From: an uncultured delta proteobacterium
GTDB lineage: Bacteria > Desulfobacterota > Binatia > UBA9968
Assembly (NCBI GenBank): GCA_963727625.1
Contig: CAVSHR010000009.1
Span: 416,001 to 480,000 of the forward strand
Direction of reading: 5' to 3'
DNA: 64,000 bases
How positions within the stretch are numbered: position 1 is the first letter of the stretch; every line of letters begins with the position of its first letter. The notes under the pieces were generated by a model. That model was not told where the DNA came from. It did not search any database and saw only the letters and a program-made list of their open reading frames with translations. Positions 1 through 9,931 of the stretch are shown here, piece by piece. Both the position numbers and the translations under genes were made by a program.

Positions 1-5
1 CGATC

Positions 6-485
6 ATGAACCTTTCATTTCAACTCAACGGCAAGCCCTGGCAGGTCGACTGCGAGCCGCAGGAAACCCTGGCCGAGGTTCTGCGCAACACGCTGAACCT
101 CAACGGCACAAAAGTTTCCTGCGATGTTCAGGTCTGCGGTGCCTGCACCGTATTGGTTGACGGCGCCCCGGTAAGCGCCTGCACCTATTTGGCCTACGAA
201 GCGCGCGGCAAAAACGTCACCACCATCGAAGGTCTGGAAAAGCCCGACGGCACGCTCCATCCGCTTCAGCAGGCATTCATCGACGAATTCGCCTTTCAAT
301 GCGGTTACTGTACGCCAGGCATGATCATGTCGGCAAAGGCTCTATTGGACGAAAATCCCAAACCGACGCGCGACGAGATCATCCATCATATGGACGGCAA
401 TCTGTGCCGCTGCACCGGTTATCTGCCGATCGTCGCCGCGATCCAGCGCGCCGCTGACGTGATGTCGAAGGAGTCGAAAAAGTGA
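6..485 (+). CDS. Xanthine oxidase-family 2Fe-2S small subunit (CoxS/CutS-like)
   Basis: SCDVQVCGACTV and QCGYCTPG...NLCRCTGY iron-sulfur motifs; overlaps the large subunit start. Confidence 0.93.
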   Translation: MNLSFQLNGKPWQVDCEPQETLAEVLRNTLNLNGTKVSCDVQVCGACTVLVDGAPVSACTYLAYEARGKNVTTIEGLEKPDGTLHPLQQAFIDEFAFQCGYCTPGMIMSAKALLDENPKPTRDEIIHHMDGNLCRCTGYLPIVAAIQRAADVMSKESKK

Positions 486-2776
486 GCACCCAGAAGAGAT
501 CCGATTTCCACGTCGTCAATCATTCGGTCCCGCGCCGTGACGGTCGGGTTAAAGTCACCGGCAAGGCCCAGTACGTCGCCGATCTAAGGCTCATCGGCAT
601 GGCCTACGCCAAAGTGCTGCGCAGTCCGTACGCCCACGCGAAAATTATTTCCATCGATAAATCGCGCGCAGAAGCGCATCCCGGGGTTTATTGCGTCGTC
701 ACCGGCTACGATCTCGACGGGTTGAATCCCTATTTCGGCCACGCCGTCAAAGACCATCCGCTGCTGGCAATCGAAAAAGTACGCTACGCCGGCGAGCCGG
801 TCGCCGCGGTGGTGGCGATCGATGAACGGACCGCCTTCGAAGCATTGGAGTTTATCGAGGTCAAGTACCAAGAACTGAAAGGCGTCTTCACCCCGGAAGA
901 AGCGATGGCCACCGACGCGCCGCTCTTGCACGAAAAGAAATTCGAAGCCGGGGCGTTGCGCGGATTCGAAGGCGATGTCACCGCCGGCAAAGGGAACAAT
1001 ATCTGCCAGAGCCATAAAATCCAGTGGGGCAATGTCGAGAAGGCGTTCAAAGAAGCTGCTTCAGTCGTCGAAGGCAATTATTATTTTCCCATGACCTACG
1101 CCTACGCGATGGAGCCCTACGTCGCCATCGCCGATGTCACCGACCAAGGCGTGAATATTTATTCGTCGGCGCAGCATCCGTTTATGGTGCGCCACGACTT
1201 GAAATCCATTTTCAATCTCCCGGTGAGCAAGGTGCGCCTGATCGTTCCCTTTGTCGGCGGCGGTTACGGCAGCAAGTCATACACGAAAGTCGAGCCGTTG
1301 ACTGCAGCCTGCTCCTGGAAAGCCAAGCGTCCGGTGAAGCTTCAGCTCACCGTCGAAGAAGCGATGCTGACTACGCGCAGCGACGACGCCTACACCTGGA
1401 TGCGCACGGCGGTGGATAAAAACGGCAAGATCATCGCCCGCCAGGCCAAGATCTATATGAACACCGGTGCCTACGCCGAAAACAGTCCGCTGGTCGTCGA
1501 AAAGTCGACCAACCGTTGCGTCGGTCCCTACGCGATTCCAAATGTTTTGATTGAAAACTGCTCGCTGTACACGAATACCGTGCCGGCTAGTTCTTACCGC
1601 GGTTTCGGTTGCGCCCAGGTTACGTTGCCGGGTGAATCACAGATCGATGAACTGGCGGCAAAGATCGGCAAAGATCCCTATGAATTTCGTTTAGCCAATG
1701 CAGCCAAACCTGGCGAAGAATTTTTTCCCGGCATGCGGCCTTTCGACGGCACGTTAAAGGAGGACCTGGAGACCGCGGCTAAATCGATCGGTTGGGGAAC
1801 ACCCTTGGCCAAGGGGCATGGCCGCACCGTGGCCGTATCCGGCAGCGATGCCGGCGCTTATCCACTTACGTCGACCGCCGTGCGCGTCCACGCCGACGGA
1901 TCCGTGACGATCATGACCGGGAGCACGGAACTGGGACAGGGAAGCCACACAGTATTGCCGCAAATCGCGGCGGAAGCGCTGGGAGTCCCGTTCGAGGATG
2001 TCAACGTGGTTTCTTCGGACACCGCGATCACACCTTATGATCGCTCCACCGGCGCCAGCCGCACGACGACTTTAATGGGCAGCGCGGTGTTGGAAGCGAG
2101 CCAGGAGGCCATCCAACAGATGGTCGTGATGGCCGCCGATGTGTTGAAAGTGAAGGTTGAAGATATTCAAACCATTCGCGGCGGTGTGCGCTGCGGCGAG
2201 GTCCAACTCAATTGGTCTCAAGTGATCAGTAAATTTTACGGGCTTCCCGACGGTGAAGTGATCGGCCGGTCTTATATAAGAAAATCCGGCAGGTTCGCCG
2301 CCCTGCCGGTTTTCTGGGAAGCCGCCGCTACCGGCGTCGAAATTTCCGTCGACGAGGAGACCGGCAAAATCACCATGGAAAAGCTCGCCACCGTCGGCGA
2401 CGTGGGACTGGCGATCAACCCGGCGCTGGCCGAGGGCCAGGACATCGGCGCCGCGACCATGGGTATGGGCATCGGTCTTTTCGAAGAGCTGGTGTACGAA
2501 GGCTCGCAGCTGATGAACGGTTCGATTCTCGATTACCGCCTGCCGCGCTTCTCCGACTTGCCCCGGCAAGTGGAGCTTCATCTTGTGCAAAACCAGGACG
2601 GCGTCGGTCCCTACGGCGCCAAAGGCGGCGGCGAAGCGTCATTGAATTCGATGGCCGCCAACATCGCCAACGCGGTCGACCGCGCCGTGGGTGTGCGCAT
2701 CCGCCAGGCGCCACTCACGCCGGAACGAGTCTGGCGCGCCTTAAAAGATAAAAAGATTCAAGGTTCAAAGGTTTAA
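482..2776 (+). CDS. Xanthine oxidase-family molybdopterin-binding large subunit
   Basis: RSPYAHAKI, GGGYGSK, YRGFG, ELGQG and GAKGGGE motifs; lacks the CO-dehydrogenase AYxCSFR/AYxGAGR loop. Confidence 0.93.
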   Translation: MSTQKRSDFHVVNHSVPRRDGRVKVTGKAQYVADLRLIGMAYAKVLRSPYAHAKIISIDKSRAEAHPGVYCVVTGYDLDGLNPYFGHAVKDHPLLAIEKVRYAGEPVAAVVAIDERTAFEALEFIEVKYQELKGVFTPEEAMATDAPLLHEKKFEAGALRGFEGDVTAGKGNNICQSHKIQWGNVEKAFKEAASVVEGNYYFPMTYAYAMEPYVAIADVTDQGVNIYSSAQHPFMVRHDLKSIFNLPVSKVRLIVPFVGGGYGSKSYTKVEPLTAACSWKAKRPVKLQLTVEEAMLTTRSDDAYTWMRTAVDKNGKIIARQAKIYMNTGAYAENSPLVVEKSTNRCVGPYAIPNVLIENCSLYTNTVPASSYRGFGCAQVTLPGESQIDELAAKIGKDPYEFRLANAAKPGEEFFPGMRPFDGTLKEDLETAAKSIGWGTPLAKGHGRTVAVSGSDAGAYPLTSTAVRVHADGSVTIMTGSTELGQGSHTVLPQIAAEALGVPFEDVNVVSSDTAITPYDRSTGASRTTTLMGSAVLEASQEAIQQMVVMAADVLKVKVEDIQTIRGGVRCGEVQLNWSQVISKFYGLPDGEVIGRSYIRKSGRFAALPVFWEAAATGVEISVDEETGKITMEKLATVGDVGLAINPALAEGQDIGAATMGMGIGLFEELVYEGSQLMNGSILDYRLPRFSDLPRQVELHLVQNQDGVGPYGAKGGGEASLNSMAANIANAVDRAVGVRIRQAPLTPERVWRALKDKKIQGSKV

Positions 2777-2842
2777 AAACTGCTGCGACTGAAATGCGAG
2801 AGCTGCCAACCCTTGAACCATTGAACGTTTGAAACCTTGAAC
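2757..2842. repeat. Short-repeat inverted unit (TTCAA/TTGAAC arms)
   Basis: Left arm ttcaaggttcaaaggtt lies within the last codons of the large subunit; right arm ccttgaaccattgaacgtttgaaaccttgaac. Confidence 0.65.
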
Positions 2843-2853
2843 GAGAATTATTT

Positions 2854-3708
2854 ATGATGCCGCTAAGACGATTTACAATTCACCAACCGAAAACCATCGC
2901 CGAAGCTTCGCAGATGCTCGGCGCCTTCGGCGAGAAGGGCCGGCTCTACGCCGGCGGCACCGAGCTGCTTTTAGCCATGAAGCATGACTTGCTGCGCTAC
3001 GAGCACTTGGTCGACGTCAAGACGATTCCCTATCTCAACAAGATTGAAATGAAAAATGGCGCGCTGCTGATCGGCAGCACGGCGACGCATCGCGCCATCG
3101 AGCGCTCTTCGCTCGTCCAACAAAGCTTGCCGTTGCTCGCCGAGATGGAGACCAAAGTCGCCAACGTGCGCGTGCGCGCCACCGGCACCCTCGGGGGAAA
3201 TCTCTGCTTCGCCGAACCGCATTCCGATCCGGCCACCTTGCTGGTCGCCCTCGGCGCAAAGGCACATGTGCAAGGGCAAGCGGGAAACAAGACCGTCGCC
3301 ATCGATAAGTTCATCACCGGCGCCTACGAAACTTCGCTCGCCAGCGATGAGCTCTTGACTGGCGTTGAGATTCCGATTCCCCCTAAGAACCAGCGCTCCG
3401 CGTATCTTAAGTTCCAACTCAAAGAGCGCCCAACGCTGGGTTTAGCGTTAGTGCTCGATGTCGACGGCGACAGGATCAAGAAAGCCAGCGCCATCGTCGG
3501 CAGCGTCAGCGCCGTGCCGACCCAATCCGATAAAGCCAATAGCCTGCTTACCGGCGCGCGGTCCAAAGTCGAAAAGCAACTCGCCGACGCCGCCGAAGCG
3601 CTGGCGCAGGCCGCCGATCCGGTCGACGACCTCGAAGGCGGCGCCGATTACAAGCGCCACTTGATCAAGGTGTTTCTGCGCCGGGCATTCATTAAAGCAT
3701 TATCTTAA
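2854..3708 (+). CDS. Xanthine oxidase-family FAD-binding medium subunit (CoxM-like)
   Basis: YAGGTEL, RATGTLGGNLC and ADYKRHL motifs. Confidence 0.93.
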   Translation: MMPLRRFTIHQPKTIAEASQMLGAFGEKGRLYAGGTELLLAMKHDLLRYEHLVDVKTIPYLNKIEMKNGALLIGSTATHRAIERSSLVQQSLPLLAEMETKVANVRVRATGTLGGNLCFAEPHSDPATLLVALGAKAHVQGQAGNKTVAIDKFITGAYETSLASDELLTGVEIPIPPKNQRSAYLKFQLKERPTLGLALVLDVDGDRIKKASAIVGSVSAVPTQSDKANSLLTGARSKVEKQLADAAEALAQAADPVDDLEGGADYKRHLIKVFLRRAFIKALS

Positions 3709-3929
3709 AATTTTATTGCGCCGCGCCGTCGATATCGTCGTGGGGGCAAACCGAAACCCTGCCCAATACCAGGGAGTCCCTTCTTGACCTCGTTTGAACA
3801 TTTCCGGCTGTTTTTAGCAAGCTTCTCTGCCGATCGGCGGGCGGGAACGCTTGCTAAGCAACGGGGCGTAGCGCTATCCTTGCGCTCGCTTCTAGCCCGT
3901 ACGCGAATTGCTTTCCCGGAGGTGGTCAA

Positions 3930-4085
3930 ATGGACTTCGTCGGGGACTTCGCTTTCAGGATATTTTCGGAACTCAGGCCGCTGTTCGATTGGGCTCTGGG
4001 GAATTGGGTAGTCACCTTGCCCGTGCTCGGCCTGCTGATCTTTGGCGCCGGAAAATATCGTAGTGCTTACCGGCACCATTCGTAG
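3930..4085 (+). CDS. Small 51-aa single-TM membrane protein (below ORF-track cutoff)
   Basis: GGAGGT RBS upstream of ATG; MDFVGDFAFRIFSELRPLFDWALGNWVVTLPVLGLLIFGAGKYRSAYRHHS with hydrophobic stretch and basic tail. Confidence 0.6.
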   Translation: MDFVGDFAFRIFSELRPLFDWALGNWVVTLPVLGLLIFGAGKYRSAYRHHS

Positions 4086-4276
4086 CGCGCCGATTCTCAA
4101 AGTTTTCCAAGCTGGACCCATTTTGCTTGGCAAAGCGAGCCGTTGCGCCTAGTGCGCGCCGTGAATTCCTCGCGCCTTTCCTTGACCTGGCGACTTTCTC
4201 TGCGCTAGTCTCGGCGAAGAAAAGGTCGCGCCGGTTTTAAAGCTGGCGCGATCGACAAAAGCACTCGGGAGGAATC

Positions 4277-4729
4277 ATGGCGGGTGAAAAAAACGTCAAC
4301 AACATCACATTTCGCATTCGGCATACGATGCTGCTGGTCAGCGATCTGGACCGGAGCATCGACTTTTACACCCGGCTTTTAGGCATGGACGTCCAGCGCT
4401 TGCGCCCGGTGCCGGAAAAAAGCGAACGCGTCGGGTATATCGGCTACGGCACCGAAGACGAGTTTCCGGGTTTGGAATTGATCGAAACCGGCGGCCCGGG
4501 CCATATTCCAGAGATGCCCAAATGGTACGGTCACGTCGCCCTGTATGTCTCCGACCTATATAAGTTGAGTGAAAAACTAAAAGCCGAAGGGGTCAAATTT
4601 AACCTCGGCCCGCAACCCAATCGCCCGGGCAGCCAGGACCATGTCGCCTTCATCCAGGACCCGGACGGATACGTCCTCGAGCTCACCGAGCGTCACTCGA
4701 AGAGTGGTCCGCCGGTAAAGGTGACTTAA
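4277..4729 (+). CDS. gloA: Lactoylglutathione lyase / VOC family protein
   Basis: HTMLLVSDLDRSIDFYT, YGHVAL and AFIQDPDGYVLEL motifs; GGAGG RBS. Confidence 0.8.
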   Translation: MAGEKNVNNITFRIRHTMLLVSDLDRSIDFYTRLLGMDVQRLRPVPEKSERVGYIGYGTEDEFPGLELIETGGPGHIPEMPKWYGHVALYVSDLYKLSEKLKAEGVKFNLGPQPNRPGSQDHVAFIQDPDGYVLELTERHSKSGPPVKVT

Positions 4730-4786
4730 GCCCTGCCACCGCTCACGAACCGAGGGAGACCAATCGGCGAATAACGATTTTCCCAG

Positions 4787-5803
4787 TCAGCGCGCGCGAA
4801 TAAACAGCGACTCGTACTGTCGCGTGTAACCTTGCAGCTTCTCGGCGAGTTGGACGCGGCTGGGAAATAGTTTTAGCTGGTTGGGAAATCCGTCCGGCTT
4901 CATGCCGCTGCGCGATGACACCCTGCCCCGTTGTACGAAAATTTTCTGGGCTTCATCGGAGAGCGCGAAGTCGATGAAAAGCCGCGCCGCGTTGGGGTGT
5001 GGCGCGCGATCGACGATACTGATCGGGTGCAACGCCACGATCACCGGTTCCATCGCCAGCCAATCCACCGGCGCGCCTTGTTTTTTTAATAAATGCACTC
5101 GGTACCAGTAGGCGACGATCTGCAAGTCGAATTCACCGGCGACCAGGAGTTGCGTGAGCAGCGTACGCCCCTTGCGAAAGGATACCTGCTGCTTGGCCAG
5201 CGCCTCCATAAATCCCAGGCCCTTCTTCTCGCCCCATAGGTACAGCATGTTGGCAAACCAACGGTCCTCGTTTTGTTCCAACGCCATCCGCCCCTTCCAA
5301 CGGGGATGCAGCAGATCTTCATAGCGCTTGGGCAATTTATCCCGTTTCACCCCCGCCGTGTTGTAGGCCATGACCAGCAGGTTGTCGTAGAGATCGGTCC
5401 AGTAACCGTTGGGATCTTTGAAGCCGTCACCGTAGGCCGCCGCCATCGGCGATTTGTACGGCGCGATCAGCCCGGATTTTTGCATGTGATAAGTTTCAAA
5501 TTCGCCGACACTGATGGTGTCGGTGGCGTAATTACCCGCCTTTCGTTCCAAGCTCATGCGGCTGACGATGCGGTCATGAGTGGAACGAAAGATGTCGGTC
5601 TTGAGGAACGGATACTTGGCTTCAAATGCCGAAGTTAAAGCGCGAGCGAACGTGGTTTCCACCGAAGTGTAAAAAACCATCTTGCCTTCTTTTTTTGCCC
5701 CCTCGACCAGCGCCGCACCCCGCAGCCCCGTTTCCGCGCTGTAGCCTGCCCTACCCAAAACGGTTAGAACCAACAACGTGATTACTTGGATTTTGATTTT
5801 CAT
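4787..5803 (-). CDS. ABC transporter substrate-binding protein, AfuA/Fe(III)-type family
   Basis: Signal peptide; AKKEGKMVFYTS, YEDLLHPRWKG and APHPNAARLFIDF motifs. Confidence 0.85.
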   Translation of the reverse strand: MKIKIQVITLLVLTVLGRAGYSAETGLRGAALVEGAKKEGKMVFYTSVETTFARALTSAFEAKYPFLKTDIFRSTHDRIVSRMSLERKAGNYATDTISVGEFETYHMQKSGLIAPYKSPMAAAYGDGFKDPNGYWTDLYDNLLVMAYNTAGVKRDKLPKRYEDLLHPRWKGRMALEQNEDRWFANMLYLWGEKKGLGFMEALAKQQVSFRKGRTLLTQLLVAGEFDLQIVAYWYRVHLLKKQGAPVDWLAMEPVIVALHPISIVDRAPHPNAARLFIDFALSDEAQKIFVQRGRVSSRSGMKPDGFPNQLKLFPSRVQLAEKLQGYTRQYESLFIRAR

Positions 5804-5806
5804 TCC

Positions 5807-6445
5807 CTACCTCCGAGCAAAATCATTAATGTCCGCGGGCACCGCCGCGGCGAGCTCTTGCCAGTCGCGATAGCGACTGATCCGACGATGTCCATCGTCG
5901 GATTGATTCCACGGACAATCGATGAGCGCCACCGAGACGCCCATCGCACCGGCCAAATACTGCGCCATCGGCAAGGAGTCTTCCACTGCCCAGCAATACC
6001 GGCGGGTTGCTAATTCAGCCAATGAAATTGCGCCTGTATTTTCTGCCGGAAAGCGCGAGTACTTGTCGACCACCGTGAACGAACTGTACGGGATCTTGTG
6101 TTTTACCAACCACGCGATAGAGACGTCCACGCTCTCCGGCGGCCTGCCGGTGACAACCGCGATTTCAAATCCGAGCTCTTCCCACCGCTTGAGCACCGCG
6201 ATCGCCCGGTCGATCGGCGCCATGCTCAACAGCTCGTCCGGTCGATGCACGATGCGGTAAAGCTCGTCGCGCTCGTCCGGTTTTAAGCCGCAAGCATGTC
6301 CGACATCGAAATTGGTCAGTTGGTCATAAGCGATCCGCTTGCCGAACTCGCGCGCGACAATCGTGAGAAAATGCCGTGCCGCCTGGCATAGCACGTCGTC
6401 CAGATCTACATAAATGGTTCGTGAGCCGGAGAGCATCGGCGGCAC
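5807..6445 (-). CDS. HAD-superfamily phosphatase, 5'(3')-deoxyribonucleotidase-like
   Basis: IYVDLDDVL (motif I), VVTGRP (motif II), AVEDS (motif IV), DCPWN. Confidence 0.75.
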   Translation of the reverse strand: MPPMLSGSRTIYVDLDDVLCQAARHFLTIVAREFGKRIAYDQLTNFDVGHACGLKPDERDELYRIVHRPDELLSMAPIDRAIAVLKRWEELGFEIAVVTGRPPESVDVSIAWLVKHKIPYSSFTVVDKYSRFPAENTGAISLAELATRRYCWAVEDSLPMAQYLAGAMGVSVALIDCPWNQSDDGHRRISRYRDWQELAAAVPADINDFARR

Positions 6446-6943
6446 TCAGCCTTTCGCGATGGTCAACGCCGGATCGCCAAGCCACAAGTCCATTTTGCCG
6501 ATTTGGCCATCGAGCTCCAAATGAGCGCCCTGGAGAAACACTCTGCCTAATATGCCAATGACATTGGCGTCCTGCTCCCGGCTTTTTTCCCGCAGCGACG
6601 GCACGCCGACGCATTCCATCACTTGCTCAAAACAACACTCATAGCCATCAGGTCCCTTGGTCGGAAGAATGACTTTTCCGACGAATTGCTGCAACCTCCC
6701 GTAACCGTGAATTCCGTGAATTTCTCGCGTCCCCCGACTCGGCAGGTGCAAGAATTCGGCGGCCTCAAGATCGATCATCCCCCCATAAGCACCGGTGTCG
6801 AGCAGAAAGTCGCCGCGAATTTCCCTATTGAGCTCATCGCCGTCCCGGCCCCAGGCGCCGGGAATCAGCGGTCCGATCGCTTTGAGGCGCTCTGAGGTCA
6901 AATTGGCCTGGATATAATATCGCCGGTCAACCATCAGCACCAA
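6446..6943 (-). CDS. Retropepsin-like aspartyl protease
   Basis: FLLDTGA catalytic motif and C-terminal GILGRVFL. Confidence 0.75.
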   Translation of the reverse strand: MVLMVDRRYYIQANLTSERLKAIGPLIPGAWGRDGDELNREIRGDFLLDTGAYGGMIDLEAAEFLHLPSRGTREIHGIHGYGRLQQFVGKVILPTKGPDGYECCFEQVMECVGVPSLREKSREQDANVIGILGRVFLQGAHLELDGQIGKMDLWLGDPALTIAKG

Positions 6944-7009
6944 CTTACATCAGGTGGTCAATCCTTAACAACGGCTCACGGATAACCAGGCAGCTCAGCG
7001 GGCTGGTTT

Positions 7010-7642
7010 TCATTTTTTCGACACAAACTCGCTGCCGCGAACGAGAAACCGATACGGCTTATCCTTCCACTTGCCGGCGTAGTCAACGCCGATGCGCGCG
7101 GTGGTGTGAAACTTCGGGGGAGGCTCGCCGTGGTCTTCGATGTAAAGAATTTTACCGCCGAGATCCGCGCCGTTAAGCGTGCGGTCAACCGCGAAGGCTT
7201 GACAGAGCTTCCCTGGACCACTCGCGAGATTACGCAGCAGGCTACTTTTTCGCCGCTCTTTCATCAAATCGATGCCTTGCACCGGCTCCGCAGCCCGAAT
7301 CAATACCGCCGCGGGATAGTCTTTGGCCTCAGTGACCAGGTTCAACATGTTGTAAAATCCGTAGATGAAGTAAACATACGCGTGGCCCGCCGGCCCGAAC
7401 ATCACTTCGGTGCGGGCCGTCCGCCCCTTCGAGGCGTGACAGGCCAAATCTTGCGGCCCGACGTAGGCCTCGGCTTCGACAATCCGTCCAATCGTGTCGC
7501 CTTCGGGATGCTTGCGCACGAGATATTTGCCCAAAAGCTGCGTTGCGACAGTGACCGTCGTTTGTTCGTAAAATGCGCGCGGGAGTTTCAACGGATCGGG
7601 AAAACCTTCGATTGGAAGAGCGTTCGCTGGAATTCTAATCAC
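7010..7642 (-). CDS. mpg: DNA-3-methyladenine glycosylase (MPG/AAG family)
   Basis: GRIVEAEAY, AYVYFIYG, AVLIRA, GPGKLCQA and RIGV motifs; start codon uncertain (GTG at 7642 chosen). Confidence 0.9.
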   Translation of the reverse strand: MIRIPANALPIEGFPDPLKLPRAFYEQTTVTVATQLLGKYLVRKHPEGDTIGRIVEAEAYVGPQDLACHASKGRTARTEVMFGPAGHAYVYFIYGFYNMLNLVTEAKDYPAAVLIRAAEPVQGIDLMKERRKSSLLRNLASGPGKLCQAFAVDRTLNGADLGGKILYIEDHGEPPPKFHTTARIGVDYAGKWKDKPYRFLVRGSEFVSKK

Positions 7643-7662
7643 CGATGACTGAATGCTACTCA

Positions 7663-8049
7663 CTATTTCGACTGCGGCAAGCCGTCTTTGATCTCCACCC
7701 ACGGCGCCTTCGAGCCGACGTGCAGGTGCTTCGACGCCTTCACTCCCGGATCGCTGTCCAACGTGCCGGGGCGAAACCTCAGATGTTCAGGATCTTTATC
7801 TTTCCTTTTAAGAATCGGCGAGCCGCACCTGCCGCAAAACACCCGGTGATTTCCCGGCGACGACTCCCACTCCTTGAGCAACTCTTGCCCCGAGACAAAA
7901 CGGAACGAAGCTGTCGGAATCGTCGCCCCGCTGGAATACGCCGAGCCCGACATCTTGCGGCACAAACTGCAATGGCAGTTGGTCACTGTGCCGAGCTCGC
8001 CGTCGATCTCATATTTAACACCGCCGCAGAGACATGAACCGGTTAGCAT
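7663..8049 (-). CDS. GFA (glutathione-dependent formaldehyde-activating) family protein
   Basis: GSCLCG, CHCSLCRK and FCGRCGS zinc motifs. Confidence 0.92.
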   Translation of the reverse strand: MLTGSCLCGGVKYEIDGELGTVTNCHCSLCRKMSGSAYSSGATIPTASFRFVSGQELLKEWESSPGNHRVFCGRCGSPILKRKDKDPEHLRFRPGTLDSDPGVKASKHLHVGSKAPWVEIKDGLPQSK

Positions 8050-8120
8050 CTTAACCCTTTCCCCGCTCCATGCGCGGCTAGTTCATTAAACGAATTATTC
8101 GGAACTTCTTCCCGGTTCTC

Positions 8121-9089
8121 CTACTTCATCTCCTTCTTAATCTCCTTCACCAGACTCCAATCCACCAGCTGGCTCAGCGGAACGTCTTTCGTGAGTTTCA
8201 ACCTTTCTTTGGTGAGTTGCACATCGAGCCGCACGCCTTTGTCGGAGATGATGCCGTCGTCGGTGAACGAATTGATCGAGGCGTCGTAGGCTCTAGCGGC
8301 TTGCGCCGGCGTGATGTGGAGATAATCGGACAACATTTGCACCGCTTCGGCGCGGTTCTGTTTCATGTACCGCGTGCCGCGGATTGTCGCGCGAACCACT
8401 CGCTTGACCTGTTCTCTTTGGGTCTGGAGCTTGTGGTCCATCACGGCGATGCCCGACAAAGGCAGCTCGATCAAGTCGCCGAGATAAACCAATCGGTGAA
8501 AGCCCTCGTCTTCCGCTTTTACCGCGAACGCCACGTCGATCGGTGTGGCGTCGATCGAACCGGCGTGCAGCGCTGCAAGCCGCGTCGGGCTGGAGCCGGT
8601 CACGATGATCTTCACGTCTCTGCCTGGTTCGAAACCGAAATGGCGCAGCGCCACCCGCGAGAGATAGTCCACCGTGCCCGCCACCGAGTCCACCCCGATG
8701 ATTTTGCCTTTGAGATCCTTGGGCGTTTTGATTTCCGGACGGGCGACCAGGACATGCAACGGCCGGCTGGCCAGACCGACCACGGCTTTGATCGGTACGC
8801 CGGTAACCGCCGCGCGCAGCGCCGATCCCCAGGCGAGCAGATAATCGACGTCGCCGGATACCAGCGCTTTGACGGCGATCGCCGGCTGCATTTGCACCTT
8901 GTCGACGTCGAGCCCCTCGCTTTTAAAGAAACCTTTGCGCATCGCCACGACCACGGGAAATTCGAACAGGCCGCGGCTCGGTGTTGCAATGGTAATGCGT
9001 TCGGCGTGAAGCGCGTTGGGTATGCCGACCAGCGCCAGCAGCAAAGCAAAGAGGCAGGGGAACCGGAAAATGACGTGCTGTGTGTTCAT
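8121..9089 (-). CDS. ABC transporter substrate-binding protein, NitT/TauT (NMT1-like) family
   Basis: Signal peptide; KGFFKSEGLDV and DLKGKIIGV motifs. Confidence 0.85.
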   Translation of the reverse strand: MNTQHVIFRFPCLFALLLALVGIPNALHAERITIATPSRGLFEFPVVVAMRKGFFKSEGLDVDKVQMQPAIAVKALVSGDVDYLLAWGSALRAAVTGVPIKAVVGLASRPLHVLVARPEIKTPKDLKGKIIGVDSVAGTVDYLSRVALRHFGFEPGRDVKIIVTGSSPTRLAALHAGSIDATPIDVAFAVKAEDEGFHRLVYLGDLIELPLSGIAVMDHKLQTQREQVKRVVRATIRGTRYMKQNRAEAVQMLSDYLHITPAQAARAYDASINSFTDDGIISDKGVRLDVQLTKERLKLTKDVPLSQLVDWSLVKEIKKEMK

Positions 9090-9103
9090 AACGGCAAACC
9101 TTC

Positions 9104-9931
9104 CTATTCGAGACGCACGTTTTTACTGAAATCATAGTTCTTCGAGCAAGCGCTCTCGTAGGTGCAAGAGATTCGATCCTTGTCCCAATCGCCGGCGAAG
9201 CATTTTTTTAAGAACGCCATCATCAGCTTCCACGCATCGATGGCCGCTTCCTTGCGGTAGCGTCCCGGCATGGTGTCGTTGAGCCAGCCATGCGGGGCGT
9301 CGGGGTAGACGCGGATGTGATAATTCTTCCTCGCCTTCTCGAAACAGTTGCGCAAGCGCACCACGTCGTCGATCGAAATGATGTGGTCGGCTTCGCCGAA
9401 GACGCCCAGGACGGGGCAAGTCACCTGCACGACCAGATCTTCGATGGGTGTCGGGCGCAGCTCGTTTCCCTGCCACTCCCGGCCGCCAATGGCGCCGTAG
9501 AGCACCACCGCGCCGCAGATGTCGTTACGCTTCGCCGCCAGCAGTACCGGCTGGCGCCCGGTTTGGCAGACGCCGATGATGCCGACGCGCGCGCCGTCGA
9601 CTGCTTTGAGACGTTTCAAATATTCGACTGCGGCGTTCAGATCCGCCAGCGCGCCGTCGTCGGTGAGATCGACTCTCTGCTCGCCGCGCAACACCGCCTT
9701 GCGGTCGCCGGGAAAGCGATGAAACAGATCCGGCGCCAAGCCGACGAAACCGGCTTGGGCCAACTTCACGGTCAAATCTTTGGTATGTTGGTCGATGCCG
9801 TAGCGTTCGTGCAGAATGATGACCGCCGGTCGTCTGCTCTTGGCTTTGGGCAAAGCACGCACCGCGCTGATGCCGCCGCCATATTTGATCATCGTCGGTG
9901 CAATACCTTTAGAATTCTTCGCCGCCATCAT
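9104..9931 (-). CDS. Dienelactone hydrolase family protein
   Basis: ILHERYG, GVCQTG nucleophile elbow, GEAD and YPDAPHGW; start placed after GGAGG RBS. Confidence 0.85.
   Translation of the reverse strand: MMAAKNSKGIAPTMIKYGGGISAVRALPKAKSRRPAVIILHERYGIDQHTKDLTVKLAQAGFVGLAPDLFHRFPGDRKAVLRGEQRVDLTDDGALADLNAAVEYLKRLKAVDGARVGIIGVCQTGRQPVLLAAKRNDICGAVVLYGAIGGREWQGNELRPTPIEDLVVQVTCPVLGVFGEADHIISIDDVVRLRNCFEKARKNYHIRVYPDAPHGWLNDTMPGRYRKEAAIDAWKLMMAFLKKCFAGDWDKDRISCTYESACSKNYDFSKNVRLE

Noticed and set aside
482-2776. Aerobic CO dehydrogenase coxL
   Set aside because: Neither the AYxCSFR nor the AYxGAGR signature is present
3740-3800. c-di-GMP-I riboswitch suggested by GGGCAAACC..GAAA
   Set aside because: The following GGGACGCAAAGC and P3 stem are absent
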